Source: Raillietiella orientalis
Lineage: Eukaryota
Direction: 5' to 3'
Assembly: GCA_036172245.1 (NCBI GenBank)
Contig: JAYWIR010000027.1
Location: forward strand, 2,294,001-2,358,000
DNA length: 64,000 bases
Under the pieces are notes generated by a model. The model made no database searches. It saw only the letters and a program-made list of their open reading frames with translations, and had not been told where the DNA came from. The position numbers and the translations under genes were made by a program. Each line of letters begins with the position of its first letter. The stretch's first letter is position 1. Of the stretch, positions 47,710 to 60,835 are shown in pieces.

Positions 47710-50183
47710 ATGTCCGAGTCCGAAGACGAAGTGTTTTCAGGTCCCCTTACATGTGCGGAATTAAGCAAACACTTTGAATACATTCACAGAACTAGCGTTG
47801 AACCATTCGATCCTGTTTGCAGGCCTAATCGAAAGTAAGTGCTGTATATTTCGTAATCCAAATGCAGAGCTGGGTTTCGGATATCAAGTGCACATTTTCT
47901 CGTATCTATTAATTTAATAAAATTATAATTTCTTGTCGTGCTTGCCAGCTCCTTTTTCAATAGCAAGATCTGTTACAAAGCCTAGTGTTTTCAATTTTTA
48001 AGTAGAACAGGTAATTAGAGTAATAGAAACCTTGCATAAAATTCTTTGGAAACCTTAATTGGTCAGTGAGACCAAGATTAACATTTGGGGAATGAAGGGA
48101 GACTAATTTGTGAAGGTATACATGTTAGTTGCATTATTAATGGTAATCCTTTAAATTGGCAACTAGTGTATTATTGAATATGAAATCCATAAATGAAGAA
48201 TTTAATGCTGTCAGTTGTTGAAACAGCAGGTTTCTTTGTATTCATCATTCTAGATCACTTGAAGGTATTTCCCAAGAAAATTTGGATTCTGGAAAAGATG
48301 TTGGGGGTTCTGTACTGGACACTTTAATCAATGGTATCAGATTAACAACATTAGCAGATAATGGCACAATACTTGCAGTTTCCACTAATCAATGTCTGGT
48401 CACAAGGCACCCTCAAGAAGACTGTACTACACATGAAGTACCATCTTTGAATGCTAGTTGTCCTAATGCTAATACAAGTGATGAGAAATCAAGCTTTCAG
48501 ACTGAAACTGCACGTGTTGATTATCAGAAAAAGATTTCAAGGAATACTTCTCTGGATGACTTGACACAGTTAGCTGTTCCCTTTATGCAGGAGAGGAAGG
48601 ATGAGCAAGTTGAAGCCCATGATGAGATACCAGATGCAATTGATTTGAATGATACTGAAGAGGAGCGTCTCATGTATATGAAATATGGAGAAAACTATGA
48701 TATAATTCTTGCAAACAAACGAAATAAAGGTATACATTTTGAAGAAGTTTCTTGCACATCATCAGGATTCTACGACCTGCATGTTGCCAAACAAAGTTCT
48801 TCGACTTGTTCATCACCTAACGAAGAGCAAAGTACTTGTAGAAGTTCCTCAGTTGAAGAAAAACAAAGTTTTTCCACTTGTTCATCCCTTACAGAGAGGC
48901 ATAGTGCCTCTTGCTCATCACTTGAAGAAAAGAAAAGTTCTTCCATTTGTTCATCACTTACAGAGAAGCAAAGTGCCTCTAGCTCATCACTTGAGGAAAA
49001 GAAAAGTTCTTCCACTTGTTCATCACTTAAGGAAAATGTGACACAAAATAATCAATATGTAGTATTTCTGCCTGATGTTGTAAGAAATCACAAACCTGTT
49101 CAAACAAGGGACAAATCATCACCAGTTCCTTTAGGACCACCATTGCCTCATGTAAAACCATGTTTTGATCCTAATTCTATTGTTAGTCCCATTGCAATGT
49201 ATTGTAATCTTTATGGATCAAAGAAGCAAAATTCACAAATGAAATGGAAATTCACCAAAACTCCAACAACACCATTTCAGTCAGCAGTTAAAAATAAAAC
49301 TCCCAAAAGTGCCCCTCCGAAACCTGTGACCAGTTCTTTACAAAAGGGCATATCTTTGACTCCAGTGCTGATAAAGGAACCTACACGTGCTGCAGCAACC
49401 ATATTAGGAAACTCGAAAAAATCAGTCAGTGAACAACGCATCTGTAAGGTGAAGAAAAAGGACATGCAGCATCATGAAACCAATACCAGAAATGTACTGA
49501 ATGATACCAAAAAACTGTGTACAAGCAATAATGTAAATAGGGGAGCTAATGAGGGCACATTAAGTGCAGCCCACACCATACTGCGAAAATCCCTAGCCTT
49601 TGCACGAAGGCCACAAGGTAAAGAACAAATTGTGTTCTGTGGTTCCGAGCTTGGGACAAAAATCAACAGTCTATCGAAAACAAACTTCAAAAAGCCCATA
49701 TTAATATCTTCCAAAAGCAGAGAGGAACATCCTAAACTTTTGATGGTAGGTTATCTTTTGTTTACACTTTACATCATTAAAATCTCAGGCTTAAGTTTAT
49801 TGTAGTGTCAAAGGTATGAGTTGAATGGTTACCTGAAGTAGCCTTTAAACCATTTACTATTACATATTTACATAATGAATAAGTTCAACTAGATGGATGA
49901 ATATGTTGTTTCTCTCATTCTCTCATTCAAAGATCTCATTCCCATAATATAATTAAACAGGTTTCCTATTTTAACTAGCTCATTGGTGTGAAGGTTTTAA
50001 ATATTCTGTTATCCCAATACAAAACGTACTTACACAATCTATGTAACTCTTCATTTCCTATCCTTTTTTTCAAGTAATAATTTAACATGCAAGACATATA
50101 CAAGACAACATAGACAAGACAACCTGGATCTCCATTATCAAATGTAATTTTTTGCTTAAATCTGTGTTACTGTACAGATGTGA
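47710..50183 (+). CDS. Uncharacterised Ser/Lys-rich protein of about 540 aa with a GTSE1-N-like motif (EDEVFSGP)
   Basis: ATG 47710; exon 47710-47834 (gtaagt), 1.49-kb open exon 48254-49745 (ctag acceptor, gtaggt donor), tentative last exon 50178-50183 followed by AATAAA at 50230. Probable 5' UTR intron 47589-47689. The family guess rests on one short motif. Confidence 0.65.
48790..49030 (+). repeat. Coding tandem repeat, about 69-nt (23-aa) unit, about 3.5 copies
   Basis: SSS(T/I)CSSLTEKQSASSSSLEEKK repeated; each unit consists of two related halves. Confidence 0.85.
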
Positions 50184-53100
50184 TTTATAAATGCCTTTGG
50201 AGGTGATGGAAACTTTGGGGCAGCAAATCAATAAAGCACAGGTTAGGTTGTTCATCCTATTCTGCAGGTGGTTAGAGCTGCTGGAGAAGGCATACTAAAA
50301 GTTAACGAAAGGTAAATATTGTTGAAGTTGACAAGGATGGAAATGATGTTTCCTAGGATAGGGAAAAATGAGGTGTATAGGTTTGATTTATCAATTTTTC
50401 ATATGTGAGTGTGAGAACTAAACTCTGTTGTATTGTTAAGATAATAAAGAATAAGTTATGAGTTATGAGGCTGTAGTTTGCTGCTTTGTTTTGTTGTGTG
50501 TGATTATTATTACGGGAATCTAATGGTTTTAGTATCTGGTGTATTTCAGTGTTTCTGTTTATTTTTTTAGCTGGATTTGAGAATGATTTTAAATGACAAT
50601 TCAAAGTTTAATCAGAACATGTTTTTATGTAGTATGCAAATGTCACATGCATTTATTACTCACAGTTATTGACTGAGAATAACATTAAAATACCCAGAGA
50701 ATGAACTGTATGGATACTTTTGTAATCCATGTCAAGAATGAATTGGTTCCTATCCAGTGACTGACTTCACTCACCACATCCACTAATGTACAAAGAGAAA
50801 AGTTTTTCCCATTCAGGCACATGTATGTTTGCATTCATATTTAAGATGATAGAAACAAAAATGCTTAAATCACAAATGGTCATTTTTAGTTTAAGTTTGG
50901 TGCTTGCACTAATGCAAAACTAGATGTGTGAAAAACCCAAAAAATTATATTGTGGAAAAAACTACCACGTATTCAGCAAACTATGTTCAGAATTTATTTT
51001 CAGTGTGATTACTTGTACTTAAAACACTTCGGAAATATGCAGAAACGCATAGGTTGTACTTTAATTACAGTGTCCATCTATGTATGCTTCCAAATAAAAC
51101 TGCAGGAAGTACAATATCAAAGTTTTTGCGTTTAAAGCAGTTTTTGTTTACTTTTTAATCAATCTACCTGTTCATGCTGGAAAGTATGGAACTTTTTTTT
51201 TTCATTTTCTCTTGTTTATTTGATTGCTGATGCATATTAATAACCCTTTTGATACTAGTAATTACTCATAGTTTTGTATACCTCAAATGTGCAAAACCCA
51301 GAATGACAATCACCTGGATTCATTAATGGTAGAATTTAAATGATTTGAAACGCTTAACTGAAGAGAAAAGAATTACACTTTTAAGCACAAGCAAATATAG
51401 ATTGCAGAACAACAATCACATAGTCATAATTGCAATTCAAAAACTGTTGTAAGTATTAGACCAAATAATATAACAAATTGGAAACTGTGGATGGAGCACT
51501 GGCTGTATTCTTAAGACTGATTTCCATGTGGGGTTTCACAGTGCTTCATTTTACAATTTTCTCTGTATTGAATGAAAATTCGCAATCTTCAAATTGCATT
51601 GTTTTCTGGAGGTGGTAGTGGTGGATTTGGTTTTATCTGTTACCTGAGCACACAGTCCTCCAAAAATTGATTGATTTGTTTGCATTTTTTCTCCAAAGGA
51701 GTTTAAGGTTTGTTTTCTAGCAGATTGATCCAAAATATTGAAAATTCAATGAAAGTGCAAAAGGTAACATATAGAAGCAATGGTTTTTGGTTTATAGTTT
51801 TAAGACACAACAACCTCTGATGATACATTTCTAAGAAATTGAAGAAATACTGGCAAGTAGGTAGAAATGCATATGGATGAGTACTTTTTCTTCAAATCCA
51901 ATACAAATTTCCCCTTTTTTTTATGTATGAGAATGCACATACATATATACACACATTCATGTGTTTTATTCATAAGTTTGAACCTCTTTAATTAGTATGT
52001 ACTGTTTGTTAACATTTTTCGGATGAAAATTTTGCCTTAATTCTGTTAGGGTTAAGTTTTTCATTTAAAAGGTTTTGCTGACATGTATTGCTTTTCTTCT
52101 TAATTTCAATTTCATTTCTCTCTAATTTTCTTTCTTCTAGAATAGCATGTAAAGTTGTAATGTAAAGTTTCCCTTCACAGCATTTTGTATCATAACCTGT
52201 GGTTTTGATGAATTTGTTGGACTTAATTTGCATGCTGCTAATTTATTTTACTCTTGCTTGCAGCCTAAGTCTAAAGAAGTAACCACAAGACCCTTGAAAA
52301 TCTATGGAGGTAAGAAGATAAAAGAGTTGATTCCTGAACATGGACCTCCTGTTCTATGTAAAAGAGGTTGGTGCACAAGTTATGTTACACATGACACATT
52401 TTTCTAGGTCACATTAAAGTCAAACCTGGTGATCCATTACCCTCAAACACACTCTCAATATTTGCAAATGCTGACAACTCCATAGAGGTATCGGTGTTAG
52501 AATTAGAACAATCAAAACTGTGGTCAGTTTGTGGAAATAAGGAAAACATTTGAGGTGGTCATCATTTTACATGTATTCTCAGAAATTCAATTTCAAAAAG
52601 AATGTTTATTTTTTAATACTGGACATTAGTCGTACTTTTATACTTGGATAGGTAATGTTTCATTCAATAATTGAATAAAGGTGTAAATGCTAATCGATTT
52701 TTATTCATTTAGCACAAGCACATTTAACATTTTCAATGAATCTATGCTACTCTTTAACTAAAAGTACCCATTGTGATGGAATATTGAAAAATGCATTTTG
52801 ATTTTACACAAATTTCGAATACTACACTGACAATCAAGAATGAGATCCTAGAATCACGTACGTGCTTTTTGGGATCTTGAAAGTTTTGACAGTAGCCAAG
52901 TGTCCAATTCTATTTTAGTATAATAAACCAAATACCAGTGAAGGTACTTTTATCGTTGCAAGCAATTTTTAATTGTTAGTAGGTAACCGCATATCGACTT
53001 CATATGGGACCCTAATTTTTAATGTTCATATGAAAACCTTAAATCATTAAGTTTCAACTAGAAGCTGGTGTCCTGGACGTAAGTGTTTAGTGGTTCTCCT

Positions 53101-54545
53101 AATGGTAAATCATTGTGATAATTCGATGGTGAGCACGCTATTTCGTGCGCTTCAGAACTGTGACCGGGCAATTTTGGTTTCTTCGGAGTACACTTTATCG
53201 GCCCAACTACAAAGTCTACCTAGGTTCAGAAATTTGAAAAAACAAAAAATTTAACAAACAACTTCCAACTTCTTTTATTGCTTGTGGCATTCAGCAATTT
53301 TTGTCGTAAAATGGATCACAATAATAACTTTATATTACTGCGTACGTATAGGGTGCTATACTGTTATTTGTAAGTTTCTGAAGAGAAAATATGGCTTGAA
53401 TTCCCGAGCTTATAACGGGTGCTATCCGTTTACTATCCATTTTCCTCATTTGTCATTTCGTGTTTCGAAAGACCCCGACAGCATTAATCTTTTCACGAGC
53501 ACCTTGAAAGGAATGAAGAAGGGAATTTCAGTCCCTGATTCATAGTTTTCCATTACTGAAAAATATTCCACATTTTTTTTCAGAAAGGTGCATGTCCGTT
53601 ATGTCGCAGCTATGACGAAATAATTTTTCACCGTTCAGTTCCATATGTTTCGGTATTTTCCAACAATATAGTGTATTGAAATGAGAGTAAGTACTTATTC
53701 ATCCAAAGGCAGAGTGTAAGTTGTTTTCATCTTGCTTATCAGATCTTTTTATGCGCATTTTCTTTAGATATCAATTCTAGGTCTTGTTCTTCTTTTCTTT
53801 CAATTATATGGAGAATGCAGTTTTGAGGAAAACTGTAATGAAATTTCACATGGAATTTTCTTTCTCATGGAAGCTATATGCATTATAGCATGATTTTTGT
53901 GGATAAAAAATAACCATCAGCATTAATTGAAAGCAGTGTTGTAATTTTTTGAATGGAATTTCCCTACATGAGGTTGAATGAAGCTTCAAAAGAATCCTGA
54001 AGTGCGTTGTAAATATGCTTTGTTAGACAAATTTCTTCCCAACGAGACTCTTTAAGCAAATTTCACACACAAAGTTCTCTGGAAAAATTTTTCTCAAACA
54101 AATGAAATCTGTTGGTGATATTTGGGCAACCGCCCTTAATAGTAGCTCCTGGATGTATTGCCAGGTGTCAGAGGTGCCATTAGTTTTTTTGGAATAACAT
54201 CTGAGGTACTCCTTTGGTGAGGTACTCCAAGGACTGATTCCTTACGGCTGAAGAAACGGTGGGAAATGTTCATAGAGCTTTAAAAAGTGTTTAGGAAAAA
54301 TGGTATTGATTGCGTGCACAAAACAAACCTTAAGAAGGAAGAAAAGTAGTCTGGATGGTGACCACCAAACTTCGTTTTTCATACCTGAGAATATTCACCT
54401 TATGGGTAAAATCATCGGAAAGAATCGATGGGTCACTTGCGGGTGCACGGAGCGCATCTGACCCAAGGGGAAAACATTCTATCGCGCGCGCTAATGCAAG
54501 AGCGTGTACCAGTCTGCAGACAACAGAAGGCATCAGAAAACTTCT

Positions 54546-54605
54546 CTAAACCGTGTTGATCCACGCCCCGGCGTGACCGGGTGGCAACTAAACCGTGTTG
54601 ATCCA
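54546..54605 (+). mobile_element. 24-bp micro-insertion of the L1-like 3' terminal hairpin with an 18-bp target-site duplication
   Basis: CTAAACCGTGTTGATCCA at 54546-54563 and 54588-54605 flanks CGCCCCGGCGTGACCGGGTGGCAA, which resembles the family 3' termini. Confidence 0.75.
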
Positions 54606-55786
54606 TGCAGCTCATAGCCTGGTGCGGATCCACAATTCTTCTCACTTGCTTGGTCCAATAAAAAGTTGCGTTTGCATGCGACAGCATAGGGATGATAAAG
54701 TGAATAAGACGAAGGGCGCCTCGAATTTCACCACAAAATGCAAAACCTTCGTCTCCGCCGTGGTCTGCATGCAAGAGTTTGCAAGCGTCGGTCACTAAAA
54801 ATGCTGAGTGAGCTATGCGGTGCCGAATGCAAGACGGAAGCTGTCCGAAAAGTGTTCGTTACATATGATGGCCGGATTAGCACATAGTTTCAATGGATTA
54901 TCTGCATTCTAAGCCCCTGTAGATGAGCCAGATACTTTGCAGGAAAGAATTTGCTTGCCAGTACACATTGCATGATCTTTAATGTAGCTGTCTCACTCAG
55001 CAGCTGCATTTTCCAGGCTCAAGAGATTCCGTTAGCCTTCTGCAGTCTCTGATTTCACAGAACAGTTTAATGAAAATTCGCAGAAAGAGTTGTGATGCTT
55101 CTTGCGACCGAGAGAGTTCATCGTTTCTCCAATTATTTCGAGGCTATTTGTATACATCGGTCTTTAAACCGCAGTTTATTATCCTTTGGTTGTATAACCT
55201 AGTTTGCAATGCACCTTACTCAAGTGATCTATTTCTTGGAGAATTAATTTCCTGACATCCACGTTTCACACTTGAAGTTCTTATTTTAATCCCGATACGA
55301 GAGAGAAATCAATAAGTATCATGTTTCGCTTCCCTTCTGTTCGTGGGTTCGGTTGCTAGTAATTTCGTTTTTTGTATGAGCTAATTCAGAAGGATTTCAT
55401 GATGGACAGTCCACAGTCTTGAGCAAGTTATTTGTCCGAATTTTCTGTATACCACGTTGATTGAACAATGAATTCCGATCGTACCATTTTTTTTTAAAGG
55501 TTAGTACAATGCAGCTCCAAAAAATTGTTCCGTATAATTAAGAATAATAATGAATGATCGAGTGGCTTTTACGGTATTGTTGTAATTTTCATTCATTATT
55601 TCTGCTCGGGGATTACTCAATCGGTCGTTTTCCGCTTTGTTGTTGTGCATATCATTCACTTAATCAATACCGTGTAATGTATATTGCATGTGCACGTAAT
55701 CAGAAGCATGTAATTTCTATCGTAGTGTACTCGTATTAATTTTTTGACTGCAGATTCTCCCTTCCTGAAACTTCGCGACAATTCAC

Positions 55787-56925
55787 ATGGATGCGAGAAA
55801 GTTATCGTGAGTAATTTAGAATTTTGAATGTTCATTCGTAACTTCAGTTTTCAAGTTAATAGTTGGATTCGAAAAAATTCTAGTAAACATATTTGAATCA
55901 AAAGGTTGCTACAGATGAACTGTTTCTTTCTATGTTTTCTGGGATTTTAAATTTATATTGATTTAAAATGAAATAAAGAAAGTGCTGAATATTCGTTATA
56001 GAACATCTGGAGAAGCATTATATCAAGTGATTGGTTTACCCAAAACAGCAGCACCAGATGAAATCAAGAAAAAATACAGGCAATTAGCCCTTAAGTATCA
56101 TCCTGACAAAAATCCAAATAACCCTCAAGCAGCTGAAAAAGTAAAGCATGAGACTGTTAGCTGTTTTACCTTACCATTTTGTAAATGTAGTTTAAGGAAA
56201 TCAATCGAGCTCATGCTGTGCTTAGTGATCGAACCAAGAGAAATATTTACGACAACTATGGCTCTCTTGGCTTATATATAGCTGAACAGCTGGGTGATGA
56301 AAATGTAAATGCATACTTTGCCTTGACATCTGGCTGGTGCAAGGTACATTTTTTTGTGTGCCTGCAAGAACCCCCGTTACTGGATTGTTTTCTAGGCCTT
56401 GTTTGTGTTCTGTGGACTGATTACTGGCTGCTACTTTTGTTGCTGCTGTTTTTGCTGCTGTTTCAACTTTTGTTGTGGAAAATATAAACCCAAACACCCA
56501 TCAGATGATGGGGAATACTGTAATCTGCAGGTATGCACAATTTTGTTGCAAGTATGAAAAAGCATCTCACTCCTTGTTCCCAATATGGCCATACACCGCA
56601 TGAGAAAGTAGTTGCATTTCACTGCTTCTTGTTTTAGCCTAATGTCCCACCTAGTACTTCCAGTTCCAGCCATATTTCCTCTTCCCAGGTAACTAGATGC
56701 TTCATACTGATGTCTAGTGCATAAAGGTAGCTACACTAATGCTTGTGTTGCAAGGATGATGGAGATGAAGCTGATGGTGGTCCCATCACCAAGCAGCCAC
56801 AGAGGAGCACAGGAATTGACGAAACAACTGGGTTGACTCAAAACCAACAGACAACTTATACTCCTGGTAATGAGCCACTGGTCCAGTTGCACAACTCCAA
56901 TAAACAACAGGTTTATCAGGCCTGA
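55787..56925 (+). CDS. DNAJC5: DnaJ homolog subfamily C member 5 / cysteine string protein, about 222 aa
   Basis: Exons 55787-55806, 56002-56140, 56191-56343, 56396-56530, 56638-56688 (possibly optional), 56755-56925. J-domain with HPD ([11 protein letters not shown]), YGSLGLY motif, cysteine string [18 protein letters not shown]. Confidence 0.95.
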
Positions 56926-57047
56926 CTAGCTCTGGCAGCCCTACGTAACTGGGACCAAAGGAATGAACTGACTTGTTTAGGATATGTAATTTTCTCTGAA
57001 TATTTCTGAAATGGGAACTGACTAGTTAGTTCTGGGGATCTGGGAGG

Positions 57048-58120
57048 TCAGGATCCATGGGAAGGCAGTTTATCTGCACAGATCCGAGCAGTCATCTCTT
57101 GCAGTGGCTCTAATTCTCGGACACTAAGTAAATCAAATTCTGTCACAAAGTAATAGAAATGTTTGTAACATGTGTTCACATGGGGTTCCTGTAAAACAAT
57201 CAGTTTGAATAAGCAGATGTATGCACCTACTGCTCCAATAGCTAAAATGCGGTCAAAATGGTGTATATATACATGGACAAACACTCGGAACAATCGTGTG
57301 AGGATTTTCTTGCTTAGTCCTTGAAATATTTTGGGAAAAGGCACATCTGCAAGCATCATAGTGATGCACAACAAATCCTCTCTTACCAGTCTTTGTAGGG
57401 AAAAGTTTCTCATCATTGATCTTTTCTTCAATCCAATCCATAAGAAGACTAATATACTGAGGAGCTGGTAAAGCAGTAGGACGTTTGTAATTTTTCCCGT
57501 CAGTCCATAGATATTCAAAGCGTGGCCCACCTGACATTGTTGGACAACTTTGCTCAGTGCAAGCATCACATATTGTGCCATAAACCAGATTGATCCGATT
57601 GAAAAAATCCACCACTGCATGCACTTACATAATACCTTCAAGCTTCAACAGACACTTACCATGTACAGCCAGCCAGTCATCAAAATTCTCATCTGCAGGT
57701 AGCTGTACCACAGCTCTCAAATTGATGCCTGAATTCAATGAAGCCTGCGCATGCTTGTACAATGCATATTTCAAACTACCTTCTTGAAATTTTTTCTTGG
57801 GTCGAAAGGTCTACAAAATGAAACATAACGGAGCACAACCAAAGTATTACTTCTCGGCAGCATAGTACAACACATAAAATAAAACTGACAGATTTTTAGA
57901 AAGCGTATGCTGATTACCTGTGAAACGGATTAACTACTACTACAGAAATTTCGAGACTACAAACCCTGAAAATCCTTGCAAATCGGATGGATTCGGCACA
58001 TTCAAAATCAAGAATCATTATCACTTAGAAAGCATGCAACAATTCCCATGCTAAAACATTAGCATGCTTCATTACCTTGCCTTTATTGAAAAAGTCAATG
58101 AAGCTCAGTAAGTTTGACAT
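57048..58120 (-). CDS. MOB3: MOB kinase activator 3-like, about 226 aa
   Basis: Exons (minus) 58120-58076, 57810-57660, 57614-57387, 57346-57231, 57188-57048; 681 nt. Motifs [76 protein letters not shown]. Confidence 0.95.
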
Positions 58121-59599
58121 TTGAGTGTTACCTAACTGCAGTTACGTGAAAAATACATTTCTTGCGGATTCATGTGCCTCGGGGTATTCACATTCTGTAC
58201 GTGAGCTCAACTATTACTGCAGTTGATTTTCCGAACCCAAACACGGAGCTTCCAAGGAAAAGGTTCAACGACGACGTTTCCGAAGTGTACCTGGGTAGCA
58301 CGCTTCCAGGGATATGAACTGGTATTTAAAAACCCGGGACAGTGTCGCGGTTACTATCGGAGGGGAACTTGGTATTACACCTTGGACTTGCTGGCATTCA
58401 ACGAAACTTCGATGTTGCTGAAGTTTCGCGCAAGCAAAAGATCGGCCTCCCTCGGTTGCGTCGTGATGTTGCCGTTTTCCGCTGGGCTTCCCCGTTCTTT
58501 GCGTTGCCTGCGGGGGAGGGTCAGTGACGGCAACAGAAGGCACGCCAGGTCTCTTATGTGCTTCTGAGATCCATAGGAACGAAAGCAGAAACGTTCACCC
58601 TCAAACTATAGCTTTCGTATATATTTTTCGAAGCACATGGCCGAAGCGGTACGCGTGGATCACTACTCTCTTCGAGTGGCACAGCTTCTTCGAATGGAGG
58701 TCTCTTTGTTCAAAGACAAGCACTTACGTTGATCGATTTGCAATGCAGCACGAGAAAGCATCTTTAGGTCTGTGCATGGCATTCTTTTCGTTTTCAGATG
58801 TGTAACGGAGACACAAGGCAGATTTGGATGTGGGGATGCATCAAAGAGACAGCAAGGAACAACCCTGCTTTCACGAAATCAAAGGATCTTCACTATTTGC
58901 AGCAAGAGAATTACCATGCTCTGCCTTGCTTAATTTTAAATTCTTATACAGGTTAGTACTTCCCTATCGATAGTCCTCTGCTATTATCAGTTCCTAGTAG
59001 ATGCTTGTACAGAATGCTTCCGGCATTTGCTTGTGTTTCTGATCCCGTTTTCTTTTAGTAAATGCTCCTTCGAGGCTTCTTTTGCCTTGCCTGCCATCTA
59101 CACAAAAGTTCAACAAAATTCTAGAGTTGGGCTTGACAGTATTTTACAAACTTCTATTCACGAGCATGGGAATACATATTAAATCCATTCTTTCTCTAAA
59201 AAATTCTTTAGAGTAATCAAGAGAACTAATAAAGATGCAGTCGCTTTGCTCTGGAAATTTTTGCTGTTTTAAGCTGTGATCAGAAACAATGGAATTTAAA
59301 TCTGCTTTTTCGAAGCTCAAACACTGAGGGAGAACGGGGGAGGGGAGAGGAGAGAAACACAGTTATTTCTCAACAACTGTTTTTAGGTCCCTTGTCGTAG
59401 CGTTCAGTGCTTTGACATGTTTCAGGTCATCACATGGCAAGGTTGGCAGCAACAAGTTTGCATTGACAACTACCAAAATTTAACAGTAGCAAGGGGAACG
59501 AGGAACCAGCATTTTCCGTTACCTTACTCGGGTCAAATTTACACTGCTGTCAAGAATATTTCTCGGTCTTTCGGTTGTGACTTTCCTCTATTACTTCAC

Positions 59600-60835
59600 T
59601 TTTCCACCGGAGTCATAGAGGGAAAGTTCCATCAAAAGTATTCTAAACATCGGTCATGCAACCAATATGCTGAATCCCTCTACATGCCTCTCCGAAGTTC
59701 CCATGTGTTGTCTGGACGCGCCTCGTCTCGCTTTCGATTGGAGTGGATCCCATCTAGACCCTGCGTCTTCCTCATACTACGGAGTAACGCCACAGGATTT
59801 CTGATACTGCACTTGCGACGAGGGAAGACGAACTCATCAGGTGGTCGAAAACCGACTTCATCAACCAAAACAGTTCCGGTGTCCTCAGAGAGGAGATCCT
59901 ACAGAAGACCGCTGCCTAGCAGTCTGCTAATGGCACATGTCAACGGTGAATCCAAATTAGAGACCACCGCAAAGCATCAGGTTCTCCGATCGATTGGAGC
60001 CATGGCTTGCTGGAGTTTGACGGTGGTAGGACAGCGAATTCTCAGAAGCATTCCGGAAAAATAGAACGAGATCCTTCAAATCAGCTTTCTAGAAGTTCAG
60101 GTATCCCGGGAGATCTCTTGGCTTCCAGATAACGGCACTTCATTCGACCGGACCTCAACGCAGACAGCGCACGGCGCCTTGCTCCTCTGGTAACCGGGCC
60201 ATCCCCTTGAAGTGGCAGCAGTAGGAGCTGCTGCTGCTTCACTGGGACCTCCCGTGCAATGTACACTGGCATCAACTGGCGTGGGTGCGTGTGGACCCAA
60301 ACTGTGCAAAATGCGGGAAGTGGGAATTCCTCCTTCACCTTTCAGGGGACTGTGTTGCTCTCCGGCCCTTTTGGGAATTCTTTGCCGCGACTCTTGAGAC
60401 CTCCCAGGGCAACCCCAGGGACGTTGTAAGACTATTCTTTGCGCGGAAGGCTCTGCAGCCAACCTCAGTCCCAGCAGCTCTTTCCTGCATCCGAAGGATT
60501 GTGGCGTCCAGGAGCGACGCGCAAGGAGGACCAACGAGAGGGACGCCATCGGGCAGCACTTTTCTTTCTGCAGATAGCAGTGAGATGGCTGGGTGCAGAA
60601 AGGATGCAGAGGACGTCCTACAGCGAGCAGTGATCCGTTCCCGGTTCCCTATAGTGTTTTTATTTATTTTTCTTTTTGTTTTCCCCCTACTCTCCGCCGC
60701 TGAGGCGAACCTTGCCCATCGGCGGACCGGCAGGTCCATGGATAAACGGAGCGTGATACGACCAGGCGTGCCTTACCACAATTTGAGAGTTTATTTTTCA
60801 ATTTTAAGAAAATCCCCGTCGTTTCCGGGTGGAAA
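59600..60835 (+). mobile_element. L1-like family 3' fragment
   Basis: PLKWQQ*ELLLLHWDLPCN...CAKCGKWEFLLHLSGDCVALRPFW, U-rich UTR ~60655-60685, terminal CCCG-TCGTTTC-CGGG-TGGAAA. Followed at 60836-60930 by an opposite-strand piece homologous to ~40180-40270. Confidence 0.75.

Noticed and set aside
57850..57880. U6-like CTTCTCGGCAGCA in a MOB3 intron
   Set aside because: Short gapped match with no downstream U6 core.
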